From Patescibacteria group bacterium (GTDB lineage: Bacteria > Patescibacteriota > Patescibacteriia > Patescibacteriales > UBA12465), in contig JBAZTY010000003.1 of NCBI GenBank assembly GCA_041661685.1, positions 69,550 through 133,549 on the forward strand: 64,000 nucleotides of DNA, in the 5' to 3' direction. A program made the position numbers and the translations under genes. The notes below the pieces were generated by a model. The model did not search any database and was not told the DNA's origin. It saw only the letters and a program-made list of their open reading frames with translations. Of this stretch, positions 1-9,016 are shown one piece after another (the first letter of the stretch is position 1; each line of letters opens with the position of its first letter).

Positions 1-36
1 AATTCTAAAGTGGTCATATGATTATAATTGATTTAT

Positions 37-70
37 TAAAATAAAACACCTAGGGGGGTGTTTTATTTTA
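37..70 (-). terminator. Intrinsic terminator downstream of tRNA-Ser
   Basis: 14-bp inverted repeat TAAAATAAAACACC/GGTGTTTTATTTTA directly 3' of the tRNA. Confidence 0.7.
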
Positions 71-74
71 TGGG

Positions 75-165
75 CGGAGAAGGAGGGATTCGAACCCTCG
101 ATAGGGGTTTACACCCCTATAACAGGTTAGCAACCTGCCGCTTTCAGCCGCTCAGCCACCTCTCC
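75..165 (-). tRNA. tRNA-Ser(GCT)
   Basis: Minus strand GGAGAGG...CTTCTCC-G; anticodon arm CAGGT-TGCTA-ACCTG (loop TT-GCT-AA); long variable arm ATAGGGGTGTAAACCCCTAT; GGTTCGAATCC T loop; CCA not encoded. Confidence 0.95.
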
Positions 166-247
166 ATTGTTTATTGAATTGTTTCACCGTTTCTATCAGC
201 CCAGCGAGTCGTCCCGCTTCCGCTTTTTCCTATTTTTTGATATAATC

Positions 248-276
248 ACTATATAAAATCTAGTCTCGCTTGTCAA
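248..276 (-). promoter_or_regulatory. sigma70-type promoter of tRNA-Ser
   Basis: TTGACA-17bp-TATAGT on minus strand. Confidence 0.75.
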
Positions 277-305
277 ACCGCCTGACTCACGGCGGCCCTA
301 AAAAT

Positions 306-824
306 ATGTCTGAAAACAACTCACAATACCTTCGCTGGCAAGTCCCCGAATACCGCGTCCCGCAACGCGACCGAAAATGGTATATAATTGCCGGAATAGC
401 GGCTTTTATCATGATTTTCTTCTGCTTTTTCGCTTTCAGCAGTTGGCGCTTAGTCTTCCTTGGAACTAGTTCTAATTTCCTCTTCGCCCTCTTTCTAATT
501 ATTGCGATCATCATCATGATCACCAACGAGAGCCGACCACCGATGATGGTCGACGTGGAACTCGGCCCAGAAGGCGTCAAAATCGGTGGCAGCTTCTATG
601 ACTACGATATGATTAAGAGCTTTGTCGTCCTCTATAAGCCCAAACAGAGCCTGAAAAGCGTCTATTTCGAGTTCAAGGGTTCAGTCAGACCCCGCCTGGG
701 CCTGCCCCTGCGCCGCCTAGATGCCCTGACTGTCAGAAACTTCTTAGTCCGCTACCTAGATGAAAATTTGGAAAGAACGGAGATGCCGTTATCGGAGAGG
801 TTGACTAAACTACTGAAACTATAA
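306..824 (+). CDS. Hypothetical membrane protein (two TM helices plus soluble C-terminal domain)
   Basis: ORF 270..824; ATG at 306 preferred; hydrophobic segments after the 'RKWYII' motif; extended -10 TGaTATAAT at 238-246. Confidence 0.75.
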   Translation: MSENNSQYLRWQVPEYRVPQRDRKWYIIAGIAAFIMIFFCFFAFSSWRLVFLGTSSNFLFALFLIIAIIIMITNESRPPMMVDVELGPEGVKIGGSFYDYDMIKSFVVLYKPKQSLKSVYFEFKGSVRPRLGLPLRRLDALTVRNFLVRYLDENLERTEMPLSERLTKLLKL

Positions 825-868
825 TAATATAAGGGTTGTCAGTTGTTGGCGTCAATGCCGATAAATAA

Positions 869-940
869 GCTTTCATCGTTCAACGGATAGGACGCAAGCT
901 TGCGGAGCTTGAAATCCAGGTTCGATTCCTGGTGGGAGCA
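869..940 (+). tRNA. tRNA-Arg(GCG)
   Basis: GCTTTCA...TGGGAGC-A acceptor; anticodon arm CAAGC-TTGCGGA-GCTTG (GCG at 902-904); T arm CCAGG-TTCGATT-CCTGG. Confidence 0.92.
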
Positions 941-950
941 CATTTAGCTT

Positions 951-2987
951 ATGATAAGCCTCGATTCTAACATAACCGAACTTAACCGCGTCGGCAAAAC
1001 TACCTCTAAACTACTAAAAAAGCTGGGTCTGGAAACTGTCCATGACCTGCTTTTTTATTTCCCCTTCCGTTACGATGATTTCGCAAGCGTTAGTACTATC
1101 GCCGAATTAAAAGCGAACGAAAATACTCACGTCATCGGCACAATCGAACTTATCCAGAATAAGAAAAGCTTCAAGCGGCGTATGTTCATAACCGAAGCGC
1201 TCGTAACCGACGACAGCGGCTCACTCAAGGTCATCTGGTTCAATCAGCCCTTCCTGACTCGGACTTTCAAGCCGGGTGACAAAATATCCTTGGCCGGAAA
1301 AGTGACCGAGGACTACAGCGGCTTATCCATGATAACGCCAGTCGCCGAAAAAATGTACTCTGAATCTCTTATCCATACTAAAGGGCTGATCCCGAATTAT
1401 CATCTGACGGAAAACCTGACTCAGAAACAGATTCGCTATCTAGTGAAAGAAGTGATTACTTTAGCCGATAAGATAGAAGACTGGATTCCTGTAAATGTAA
1501 AAAAACGTCTTGAATTATTAGACTTAGGGCCAGCCCTACATCTGATTCATTTCCCCAAGAGCCACGAAGAAATAACGACGGCCCGAAAACGCCTCGGCTT
1601 TGCGGAATTATTCCTGCGCCAGTTGAAATCAGCGATGATCAAGGGCGACTTGAAGAATCGGCGCGCTCTATCTATCGATTTCAAAGAAAAAGAGACTAAA
1701 GAATTCGTCGCTTCCCTGCCTTTCAAATTAACCGGCGCGCAGAAAAAAACCGCTTGGGAAATATTGCGCGATTTGGAAAAGCCAATTCCGATGAGCCGAC
1801 TCCTCGAAGGTGATGTCGGCAGCGGCAAGACCTTAGTTGTAGCCTTGGCTCTTCTCAATGTCGCTCTGAATAATAAAAGATCGGTCTTGATGGTCCCGAC
1901 CGAAATCCTGGCGTCTCAGCATTTTAATTACCTGACCAAGCTCTTTAAGGATTATGGTTTTAAGATAGCGCTCCTGACTCATAGCCATAAAGACTCAGAG
2001 TCGAATAAAGCCGATATCATTGTCGGCACGCACGCGCTTATTCAAGAAAACGTGAAATTCCAGGATTTAGCTCTAGCTGTCGTGGATGAACAGCATCGTT
2101 TCGGCGTCGGCCAGCGCCGCAAGATCTTGGATTTTAATAGCGTTCCCGACCAGACGCCGCACTTCTTATCCTTGACCGCGACCCCTATCCCCCGCTCTCT
2201 AGCCCTGACTATCTATGGCGATTTGGATTTATCAATCATCAATGAGATGCCTGTCGGCCGCAAGCCGGTCATTACCAAAATAGTTACCGAAGCTAACCGC
2301 TCCCAGGCTTACGACTTCATCCGTAAACAGATAAGCTCCGGCCGCCAGGCCTTCGTGGTCTGCCCGCTCATCGATGAATCTGACCGCCTCGGGGTAAAAT
2401 CGGTCAAAACTGAACATGAACGGCTGGATAAGGAAATATTTCCCGAGCTTAAAGTCGGGCTGCTCCATGGAAGGCTTAAAGCTAAAGAGAAAGAAGATAT
2501 CATGGCCGATTTCTTAAGCAACAAGATTCAAATCCTAGTCGCCACCGCCGTTATTGAAGTCGGCGTGGATGTCCCGAATGCTTCATTAATGATCATAGAG
2601 GGCGCGGAGCGCTTCGGCTTAGCCCAGCTCCATCAATTCCGCGGCCGCGTCGGGCGCGGCGAGGCACAATCATACTGCTTGCTTTTCCCGTCTTCAGAAG
2701 AAATCACTAACCCCAAAACAATCACACGCCTGAATGCTATGAACAGCCATAACGATGGCTTGACGCTCGCTAAGATAGACCTGAAGTTGCGCGGAGCCGG
2801 CGAATTATACGGCCTTAATCAGAGCGGCTTCCCAGAATTCCAGATTGCGACTTTATTTGATTATGAGAATATAAAAAAGGCGCAGGAAGAAGCCCGCGCT
2901 TTGATAGCCGAAGATCCGGAACTAAAAAAATATCCGCTCTTGAAAGAAAAGTTAGGGAAATGGGAAGATGACGCACATTTGGAATAA
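951..2987 (+). CDS. recG: ATP-dependent DNA helicase RecG
   Basis: OB wedge domain, GDVGSGKT Walker A, DEQHRFG, TATPIPR, QFRGRVGRG, DLKLRGAGE. Confidence 0.97.
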   Translation: MISLDSNITELNRVGKTTSKLLKKLGLETVHDLLFYFPFRYDDFASVSTIAELKANENTHVIGTIELIQNKKSFKRRMFITEALVTDDSGSLKVIWFNQPFLTRTFKPGDKISLAGKVTEDYSGLSMITPVAEKMYSESLIHTKGLIPNYHLTENLTQKQIRYLVKEVITLADKIEDWIPVNVKKRLELLDLGPALHLIHFPKSHEEITTARKRLGFAELFLRQLKSAMIKGDLKNRRALSIDFKEKETKEFVASLPFKLTGAQKKTAWEILRDLEKPIPMSRLLEGDVGSGKTLVVALALLNVALNNKRSVLMVPTEILASQHFNYLTKLFKDYGFKIALLTHSHKDSESNKADIIVGTHALIQENVKFQDLALAVVDEQHRFGVGQRRKILDFNSVPDQTPHFLSLTATPIPRSLALTIYGDLDLSIINEMPVGRKPVITKIVTEANRSQAYDFIRKQISSGRQAFVVCPLIDESDRLGVKSVKTEHERLDKEIFPELKVGLLHGRLKAKEKEDIMADFLSNKIQILVATAVIEVGVDVPNASLMIIEGAERFGLAQLHQFRGRVGRGEAQSYCLLFPSSEEITNPKTITRLNAMNSHNDGLTLAKIDLKLRGAGELYGLNQSGFPEFQIATLFDYENIKKAQEEARALIAEDPELKKYPLLKEKLGKWEDDAHLE

Positions 2988-2988
2988 G

Positions 2989-3021
2989 AAAAAAGAGGTC
3001 CTGTCAGAGAGCCTCTTTTTT
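2989..3021. terminator. Bidirectional terminator between convergent genes
   Basis: AAAAAAGAGG...CCTCTTTTTT. Confidence 0.6.
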
Positions 3022-3033
3022 ATCAATCAGTTT

Positions 3034-3345
3034 TTAGCTGAGTGACATGTTTTCATGAGTTTCGGCCCGATAAGTCATCTTATGAAAGAATAACAATAGA
3101 GAGAAACACATTAATGCGCTTGTTAGAATAGTAACTATTGGATTATACGTGAAAATGATTCTGAGATACTCGCGAGAGAGCACCCACATTGTTGATTGAG
3201 CTATCTCTTCTTCGGGGAACATTCCGATATAAAGATAGGTCAAAAAGATGTAAGCAAGAGAAATGAGAGAAAAGGCGATTGGAACTGAACCAATAAATCC
3301 AATTGTTACTAAGATTTTTTTAAAAGAACGTCTGATCTTTTTCAT
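3034..3345 (-). CDS. Hypothetical two-TM membrane protein
   Basis: ATG 3345 (MKKIRRSFKK) lies downstream of a good promoter; two hydrophobic segments. Confidence 0.6.
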   Translation of the reverse strand: MKKIRRSFKKILVTIGFIGSVPIAFSLISLAYIFLTYLYIGMFPEEEIAQSTMWVLSREYLRIIFTYNPIVTILTSALMCFSLLLFFHKMTYRAETHENMSLS

Positions 3346-3391
3346 CTTTATACAGATTTGGTTTATTTTTCGACTAATTCTGCTTAAAATA

Positions 3392-3420
3392 AGTATATCA
3401 CTTTTATTAAAAGATGTCAA
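3392..3420 (-). promoter_or_regulatory. sigma70-type promoter
   Basis: TTGACA-17bp-TATACT with extended TG. Confidence 0.7.
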
Positions 3421-3461
3421 TAGTATTGTCTGGAAGGGCAATATTATCATTTTCCCTGCCC

Positions 3462-3490
3462 TTGACTTTATTTTAATATTATAGTAATAT
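3462..3490 (+). promoter_or_regulatory. sigma70-type promoter (divergent)
   Basis: TTGACT-17bp-TAATAT. Confidence 0.55.
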
Positions 3491-3556
3491 AAACCAATAA
3501 AATAAATGCGTTCTTTTCATAATATTTCCTATTGTTTAACCTAAAAAATCTTTAGC

Positions 3557-3877
3557 ATGGACGAAAAGGCTTTAAAGGCAACTACCGTAATCAACGGATT
3601 TTTTGATGGGGTTGAGGTAATCTTCGCGATTGGAGACTGCCAAAGAACTAATGGCTGTATCAAGGTCAACAACATTCGTAAGATTGATGAGGAACACAAG
3701 GGCTATGTGCCCTCTACTTCATGTCTATCAGATAAGCGATTGAATGTTTTCTCTGTCACCAAGAAAGATATCTGTGATTATTTCAACGTTCCTCAGACAA
3801 TCGGAAAGACAGACAAACAAAAAACAAATCAAAAAAAACAACCAACCATCAAAAAAGATTTCAGTCGTAAACGGTAA
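3557..3877 (+). CDS. Hypothetical protein with basic C-terminal tail
   Basis: 106-aa ORF with own promoter and terminator; no recognisable motif. Confidence 0.55.
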   Translation: MDEKALKATTVINGFFDGVEVIFAIGDCQRTNGCIKVNNIRKIDEEHKGYVPSTSCLSDKRLNVFSVTKKDICDYFNVPQTIGKTDKQKTNQKKQPTIKKDFSRKR

Positions 3878-3890
3878 ACGTTCAAGTGAC

Positions 3891-3927
3891 AAAAAAGGCC
3901 AATCTCCCCGATTGGTCTTCTTTTTTT
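3891..3927. terminator. Bidirectional terminator
   Basis: AAGGCCAATC/GATTGGTCTT stem flanked by A and T runs. Confidence 0.65.
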
Positions 3928-3942
3928 ATTCAAACTAATTTC

Positions 3943-5292
3943 CTATTTTATAATATCTACCAGCTCATCTAAGTTCTTAATTTTGCTCAGCTGCAATTTT
4001 CCCCCTTTAACATCAACATTGGGAATAATCGCGCTCAAAAATCCTAATCGTTCCGCCTCCTGCAGGCGCGCCTCTAGCTTGAAGACATTGCGCACTTCCC
4101 CGCCCAAGCCCACTTCCCCGAGAACTATGGTCCGGCGATCGAAATCTTTATTAAGATGCGAAGAAATAATCGCGGTACAGGCCGCCAGATCTAAAGCTGG
4201 ATCACTTATCTTCAAGCCGCCAATAACGTTCAGGATGATATCTTGAGCCGTTAAATTTATCTTCGTCCGTTTAGTTATGACCGCGCTCAGTACCTGCAAA
4301 CGATTCAGGTCGAAGCCGCTGGTCTTCCTCTGCGGATAGCCGAAAACCGTCTTAGTCGCTAAGGCTTGGAGGTCAGCCAAAAACGGACGCGTGCCCTCGA
4401 TGACGCAGCCGATAGCCGAGCCGGAAACTTTTTCGCCGCTAGTCTCGACGAAGATCAGGCTGGGGTTTTTCACTTCCTTAAAGCCCGTTCCGGTCATTTC
4501 CAAGACGCCTAGTTCATTGACCGAACCGAAGCGATTCTTGGCCGCGCGCAATAAGCAATAATTATTATTCGTCTCATTTTCCAAATACAAAACCGTGTCC
4601 ACGATATGTTCTAAAGATTTCGGTCCGGCGATAGAGCCGTCCTTAGTGATATGCCCGACGAGGAAAACCGCGATATTATTCTCCTTGGCTAATTCCAAGA
4701 ATTTGATGGCGGCCGCGCGGATCTGCGAAATCCCGCCCGCTTCCGCCGGAATCAGGCTGGAATAGACCGTCTGGATAGAATCAACGATGAGTATTCCCGG
4801 AGATAATTTCAAGACTGAAGCGCAAATCTTCTCGACGTTAGTTTCAGAAATGAATTTAAGATTCTCAATATTGCAATTCAAGCGATCCAAACGGGATTTT
4901 ACTTGAGCGGCCGATTCTTCGCCGCTGACATAGATTGCCGCCTGCTTTTTTCCAAGCGCGCTAGCAATCTGAGCGACTAAAGTAGATTTCCCGATTCCCG
5001 GTTCACCGCTTAATAAGACTAGTGATCCCGGCACTAAGCCGCCGCCTAAAACGCGATCGATTTCGCTGATTCCCGTCTGAAAACGCTCTAAAGAAGAAGC
5101 TTTTATCGATACTAGATCGATTACTTCCGCGCCGCCGAGCTTCTTGACCGCTTCTTTCTTCTCGGACTTAGAATCGGTCACCTGTTCTCCTAGAGTTCCC
5201 CAGGAGCCGCATTCTGAACAACGCCCACTCCATTTCAGGAATTGGGCGTCGCAATTAGAGCAGACGAAGATTGTTTTGATATTTCCTGGCAT
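3943..5292 (-). CDS. radA: DNA repair protein RadA/Sms
   Basis: C4 zinc finger CSNC..CSEC, GEPGIGKST, KNRFG motif, Lon-like C-terminus; start moved to ATG 5292. Confidence 0.96.
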   Translation of the reverse strand: MPGNIKTIFVCSNCDAQFLKWSGRCSECGSWGTLGEQVTDSKSEKKEAVKKLGGAEVIDLVSIKASSLERFQTGISEIDRVLGGGLVPGSLVLLSGEPGIGKSTLVAQIASALGKKQAAIYVSGEESAAQVKSRLDRLNCNIENLKFISETNVEKICASVLKLSPGILIVDSIQTVYSSLIPAEAGGISQIRAAAIKFLELAKENNIAVFLVGHITKDGSIAGPKSLEHIVDTVLYLENETNNNYCLLRAAKNRFGSVNELGVLEMTGTGFKEVKNPSLIFVETSGEKVSGSAIGCVIEGTRPFLADLQALATKTVFGYPQRKTSGFDLNRLQVLSAVITKRTKINLTAQDIILNVIGGLKISDPALDLAACTAIISSHLNKDFDRRTIVLGEVGLGGEVRNVFKLEARLQEAERLGFLSAIIPNVDVKGGKLQLSKIKNLDELVDIIK

Positions 5293-5330
5293 ATTCTGAA
5301 AAGCCTCGCTAAGCGAAGCCACGTATTTTA

Positions 5331-5948
5331 TTATTTCTCCCAATAGGCTTTATCCATCAGCCATTCGCCATTAACCTTTAAAAAACTGAGATCCAATTTT
5401 TGAGTAAATGGCTCGCCGCCGCCGATTTTTTCCGTGCTTTCGCGGCGTTCCGTCGTGACTATTATCTCGGCCGTACCAGCCTTATCATCAAAGCTCTTTA
5501 CTTCCGTCGTCAGCGCCTTGGCCGTAATGCCATAATAAGAATCAGACTTGGCGCTCGCTTTTTGTTCAGCGACATATTTATCGGCCCAGGCCTGCAGGCT
5601 GGCCGTCATATAAATCTTCAGATCGGTAAAATTGCCGTAATCGGATTGGGTCGAATAAGAGCCGAGGCGCTCCGCATAAGATTTGGAGCGCTGCGCTAAA
5701 TCGGTAGCGTTGACAGTATGGGTCGCCTCTTTAGTGACATCATACTGGGTATAATTGCGGGGCTGGTCGCTCGGAGTCGTCGTTCCCTTCTCTTCGCCCG
5801 CCGGTAATTGGCTAGTCGGGGTATCAGCCGGAAGCAAAGGCTCTTCGACGGCCGCTTTTTTCATGAAGACGAAATAGATGATGGCCACTATGACTAATAG
5901 TCCGAGAAGGACAAATAGGAGGCCGATGGTTTTACGGTTGGTTTGCAT
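5331..5948 (-). CDS. Membrane-anchored exported protein, possibly VirB8/NTF2-like component of T4SS-like cluster
   Basis: N-terminal TM, P/T-rich linker, C-terminal 'LSFLKVNGEWLMD' typical of NTF2-like folds; directly after VirB4. Confidence 0.5.
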   Translation of the reverse strand: MQTNRKTIGLLFVLLGLLVIVAIIYFVFMKKAAVEEPLLPADTPTSQLPAGEEKGTTTPSDQPRNYTQYDVTKEATHTVNATDLAQRSKSYAERLGSYSTQSDYGNFTDLKIYMTASLQAWADKYVAEQKASAKSDSYYGITAKALTTEVKSFDDKAGTAEIIVTTERRESTEKIGGGEPFTQKLDLSFLKVNGEWLMDKAYWEK

Positions 5949-5986
5949 ATTTATTTTTAATATTTATTTTCAAATTAATCTCGTCT

Positions 5987-7885
5987 TTATGCACTCGCTT
6001 CTTCCTGCCGGCTTTCATCGAATTCCTTCTTGGCTTCTTCGAGCTCAAGCAGCTGGCGCGGATCGGAAGTAATCAGCTGGTCTTCGGTGTAAGACGCGAC
6101 CGCTTTCATAGCCACGTGCTTATTGCCCGCGAAGAAAATGCCTTCGCCGACGCCGCATTCGAGCAACAGATATTTCTCACCTTCAGTTAGCATGAAAGTC
6201 TTCTGGATCAAGTCGATAGCCGCCGGAGACTGCTTAAATAATAATTGCAAAGAAGAATTATTAACGATCGCCTGGCCGTAAGGAGAGGTCAAGAAGTCAT
6301 TAACGTCCTGCGTAATAGTCGTGACGCCCAAATAATATTTACGGCAACGTTTAACGAGAGCGAAGATGAACTTAGCCGAATCTTCGTGCTGCATCATCCA
6401 CCAAGCTTCATCAATGACTAGGATGCGCTTCTTCATCTCGCTACGAACGACGTTCCAAATGTAATTGACGATAGTATAAATAGCAATCGGGCGGAGTTCG
6501 TCTTCCAAGTCGCGGACCGAGAAACAGACGAGCTGATTGCTCATCTCGACGTTAGTCTGGTTATTGAGTAAGCCGGCAAAAGTTCCTTCGGTAAACTTTC
6601 TTAAGCGCAGAGCCAGGTCAGACCCGCCTTCCATACCGTCTAGAATCTGCTCAAAATCGGCCATAATCGGAGCTTCAATCTTTGATAAGTCAGAGTCGGG
6701 AGTAATATCTTTCTTCGCGTAAGTTTCGAGTAACGCGCGATCAACGATAGAATCTTCGTCATAGCTCAGGTTGCCTAACATCAAGCGCACTAAGCCTTTC
6801 AAGGTAATAACGGCGCTGCGGATGATATCTTTGGGCTTGGCTTCTCCGCCGATAGAGCGCGGTAAATCGAACGGGTTAATCTTATTCTCAGAAGACAAGG
6901 AAATATTGATATAGGTGCCGCCGACCGCTTCCGCTAAATGCTTGTATTCATATTCCGGATCAATGACGATGACGTCGGTCCCGAGCATTAAGGAACGCAA
7001 AATTTCTAATTTGATAGCATAGCTCTTACCGGCGCCGGAGGTCGCAAAGACGACAGAGTTAGCATTCTGAAGGCTGAAGCGATCAAAAAGGATAAGGCTG
7101 TTATTATGGCGGTTAATGCCATATAAGATACCTCGGTCGCTCGTGAGTTCGCTGGAGATGAACGGGAAAGAAGAGGCAATTGGGGAAGAATTCATGTTGA
7201 AGGTAATATATAATTCATCGTCCCCTAAAGGCAGGGTGGAATTGAAGCCCTGTTCTGATTGATAATAAACGCGGCGGGAATAAACTAGGCGGGAGCCGAA
7301 AACATCCTCGACCTGATCGCTTAAACGGTCCAGATCTTCAAGTTTATCGGCATAGATGGTGACATACAAAGCGAATTGAAAAAATTTCTCCGTTCCCTGA
7401 GTAAGCGCATCGCGCAAGTATTCAATATCGCGCAAAGCAGTTTCGCGCAATGGGTCGCGGGCGGCTCCCTTCTCTGCGTCAGAAACGATCTGCGCTTCCA
7501 GGGCGCCGACTTTATTCTTAAGTTGCTTCAAGATAATCGCGCTCTTAACTTGATAGAAGAACATCGAGACATCAAAGGTCACGTTCAGATTGATAATCGG
7601 CGCGAACCAGCCGACGGAGATATAGCGCGGATAAGAGACGATGAAGATGGTGCGCAAGAATTTATTGCCCAAGGCGAGATGATTAGCCTCGACCTTGAGG
7701 CTAGCGGGCGCGATAATATCGCGGACGGATAAGACGCCGCGGCGGAAGGCCTTCTCTTCTTCGATGATTTCCCGAGTCAATTCCGGGTTCTCCTCGATTG
7801 GGTGCGCCACGGGCTTAACCCCGATGGTAATCGGGGTATTGAGGCCTATCTTGGCCTTTTCTTCTTTTTTGCTGAAATCAATCAT
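5987..7885 (-). CDS. VirB4-family ATPase
   Basis: ATSGAGKS Walker A, IDPEYEY, VIDEAW Walker B, RKY..G..TITQ. Confidence 0.9.
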   Translation of the reverse strand: MIDFSKKEEKAKIGLNTPITIGVKPVAHPIEENPELTREIIEEEKAFRRGVLSVRDIIAPASLKVEANHLALGNKFLRTIFIVSYPRYISVGWFAPIINLNVTFDVSMFFYQVKSAIILKQLKNKVGALEAQIVSDAEKGAARDPLRETALRDIEYLRDALTQGTEKFFQFALYVTIYADKLEDLDRLSDQVEDVFGSRLVYSRRVYYQSEQGFNSTLPLGDDELYITFNMNSSPIASSFPFISSELTSDRGILYGINRHNNSLILFDRFSLQNANSVVFATSGAGKSYAIKLEILRSLMLGTDVIVIDPEYEYKHLAEAVGGTYINISLSSENKINPFDLPRSIGGEAKPKDIIRSAVITLKGLVRLMLGNLSYDEDSIVDRALLETYAKKDITPDSDLSKIEAPIMADFEQILDGMEGGSDLALRLRKFTEGTFAGLLNNQTNVEMSNQLVCFSVRDLEDELRPIAIYTIVNYIWNVVRSEMKKRILVIDEAWWMMQHEDSAKFIFALVKRCRKYYLGVTTITQDVNDFLTSPYGQAIVNNSSLQLLFKQSPAAIDLIQKTFMLTEGEKYLLLECGVGEGIFFAGNKHVAMKAVASYTEDQLITSDPRQLLELEEAKKEFDESRQEEASA

Positions 7886-7891
7886 ATTAGT

Positions 7892-8572
7892 TTATTTCTC
7901 TACCCTGAGCTTATCTAAATCGACTAATTCCTGATTCTGAGAGGTTTCTGGATTATATGTTTTATAATAAAGCTCAATTAAACTCTGGGTATCTAAGCGG
8001 GCCACGGCGACACCGAGAGATTCTAAGCCACCGGTAACGCTATCGATGCGGCGATCGAGCATCTCCTGATAATTCTTAAAAGTCTTGTCCTTGAGCTTAA
8101 TAACGGTCGCTGGCTTAAGCGCTTCGCTCAATAAGCTCATGAAGCCTTTATGCTTATCGGTCAGGGGATCATAAGGCACAATAACATAGAAACGCTTATT
8201 CATAATCTTGCCCAGCGAGGTCAATTCCTTGATGTATTCAATATAGTCGGCAGTCTGAACTTTCAATAATTTATTCATCTGCTCCTTCTCTTTGTTCTTT
8301 AAGTATTCCAAATAATTATTAATATCTAACTCGCGAGACTGGATAACAATCTGAAGCGTGAAAGTCAGGTTATTTAAGAAGCGGACATAAGAATCAATGA
8401 CTGCATTCTGTTCGTCTTCGCTCTTGAGCGCGAAATTAATACTGGAAACAAGAAGCACGGCGCGCAAAGTGCCGTCCTTCATCACGACGGTGTTATCCTT
8501 AATCTCGGCAATATTCAAATATTGCTGAGTGGAGGCGCTTATTTTATTCTTAGCCAAGCCTTTTTCTGACAT
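7892..8572 (-). CDS. VirB4/TraC N-terminal-like accessory protein
   Basis: 'INFALKSEDEQNA', 'RFYVIVPY' motifs; sits between PrgI-like gene and VirB4. Confidence 0.65.
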   Translation of the reverse strand: MSEKGLAKNKISASTQQYLNIAEIKDNTVVMKDGTLRAVLLVSSINFALKSEDEQNAVIDSYVRFLNNLTFTLQIVIQSRELDINNYLEYLKNKEKEQMNKLLKVQTADYIEYIKELTSLGKIMNKRFYVIVPYDPLTDKHKGFMSLLSEALKPATVIKLKDKTFKNYQEMLDRRIDSVTGGLESLGVAVARLDTQSLIELYYKTYNPETSQNQELVDLDKLRVEK

Positions 8573-8591
8573 AATTAAAATTTATCCTAGT

Positions 8592-9011
8592 TTATTCTCC
8601 TTTATAGCGTCCTTTGGTATCAACGACGAGCGCCAATTCGGCCAAGCGCGATTTCTTATACATTTTCGGAGCGACTATCGGCGCGACGGCCTTGACTTCA
8701 ATATTCGTTTCGCCGATTTCAGCAGCCATGATCCGATTATTCCATACTCTTATTCCGGGACGGCGCAAAGTCTGAAAAGCATTAAGCATAAAGAGATGGA
8801 AGGGGCGGCCGTTTATCTTAACGAAGGCGAATAGAGCAGCAAAGACGAGCGTCACGATACCGACGGTCAAGAACAAGGTAAAATCGAACAACTTGTAACT
8901 GATGCCGATGATAACGGCAGCGCCGAGAATAATCATGAATTGGCGCACGGTCAGAGGGCCGATAATCTTATTTTCGACGTCGATGAATTGAGGAACGGTG
9001 AACTGCTGCAT
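8592..9011 (-). CDS. PrgI-family (VirB3-like) membrane protein
   Basis: 'VPQFIDVENKIIGPLTVRQF', two TM helices, 'INGRPF'. Confidence 0.8.
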   Translation of the reverse strand: MQQFTVPQFIDVENKIIGPLTVRQFMIILGAAVIIGISYKLFDFTLFLTVGIVTLVFAALFAFVKINGRPFHLFMLNAFQTLRRPGIRVWNNRIMAAEIGETNIEVKAVAPIVAPKMYKKSRLAELALVVDTKGRYKGE

Positions 9012-9016
9012 ATATC

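Noticed and set aside
5987-9011. Integrative conjugative element
   Set aside because: No relaxase, integrase, coupling protein or boundaries; genes are interspersed with core genes
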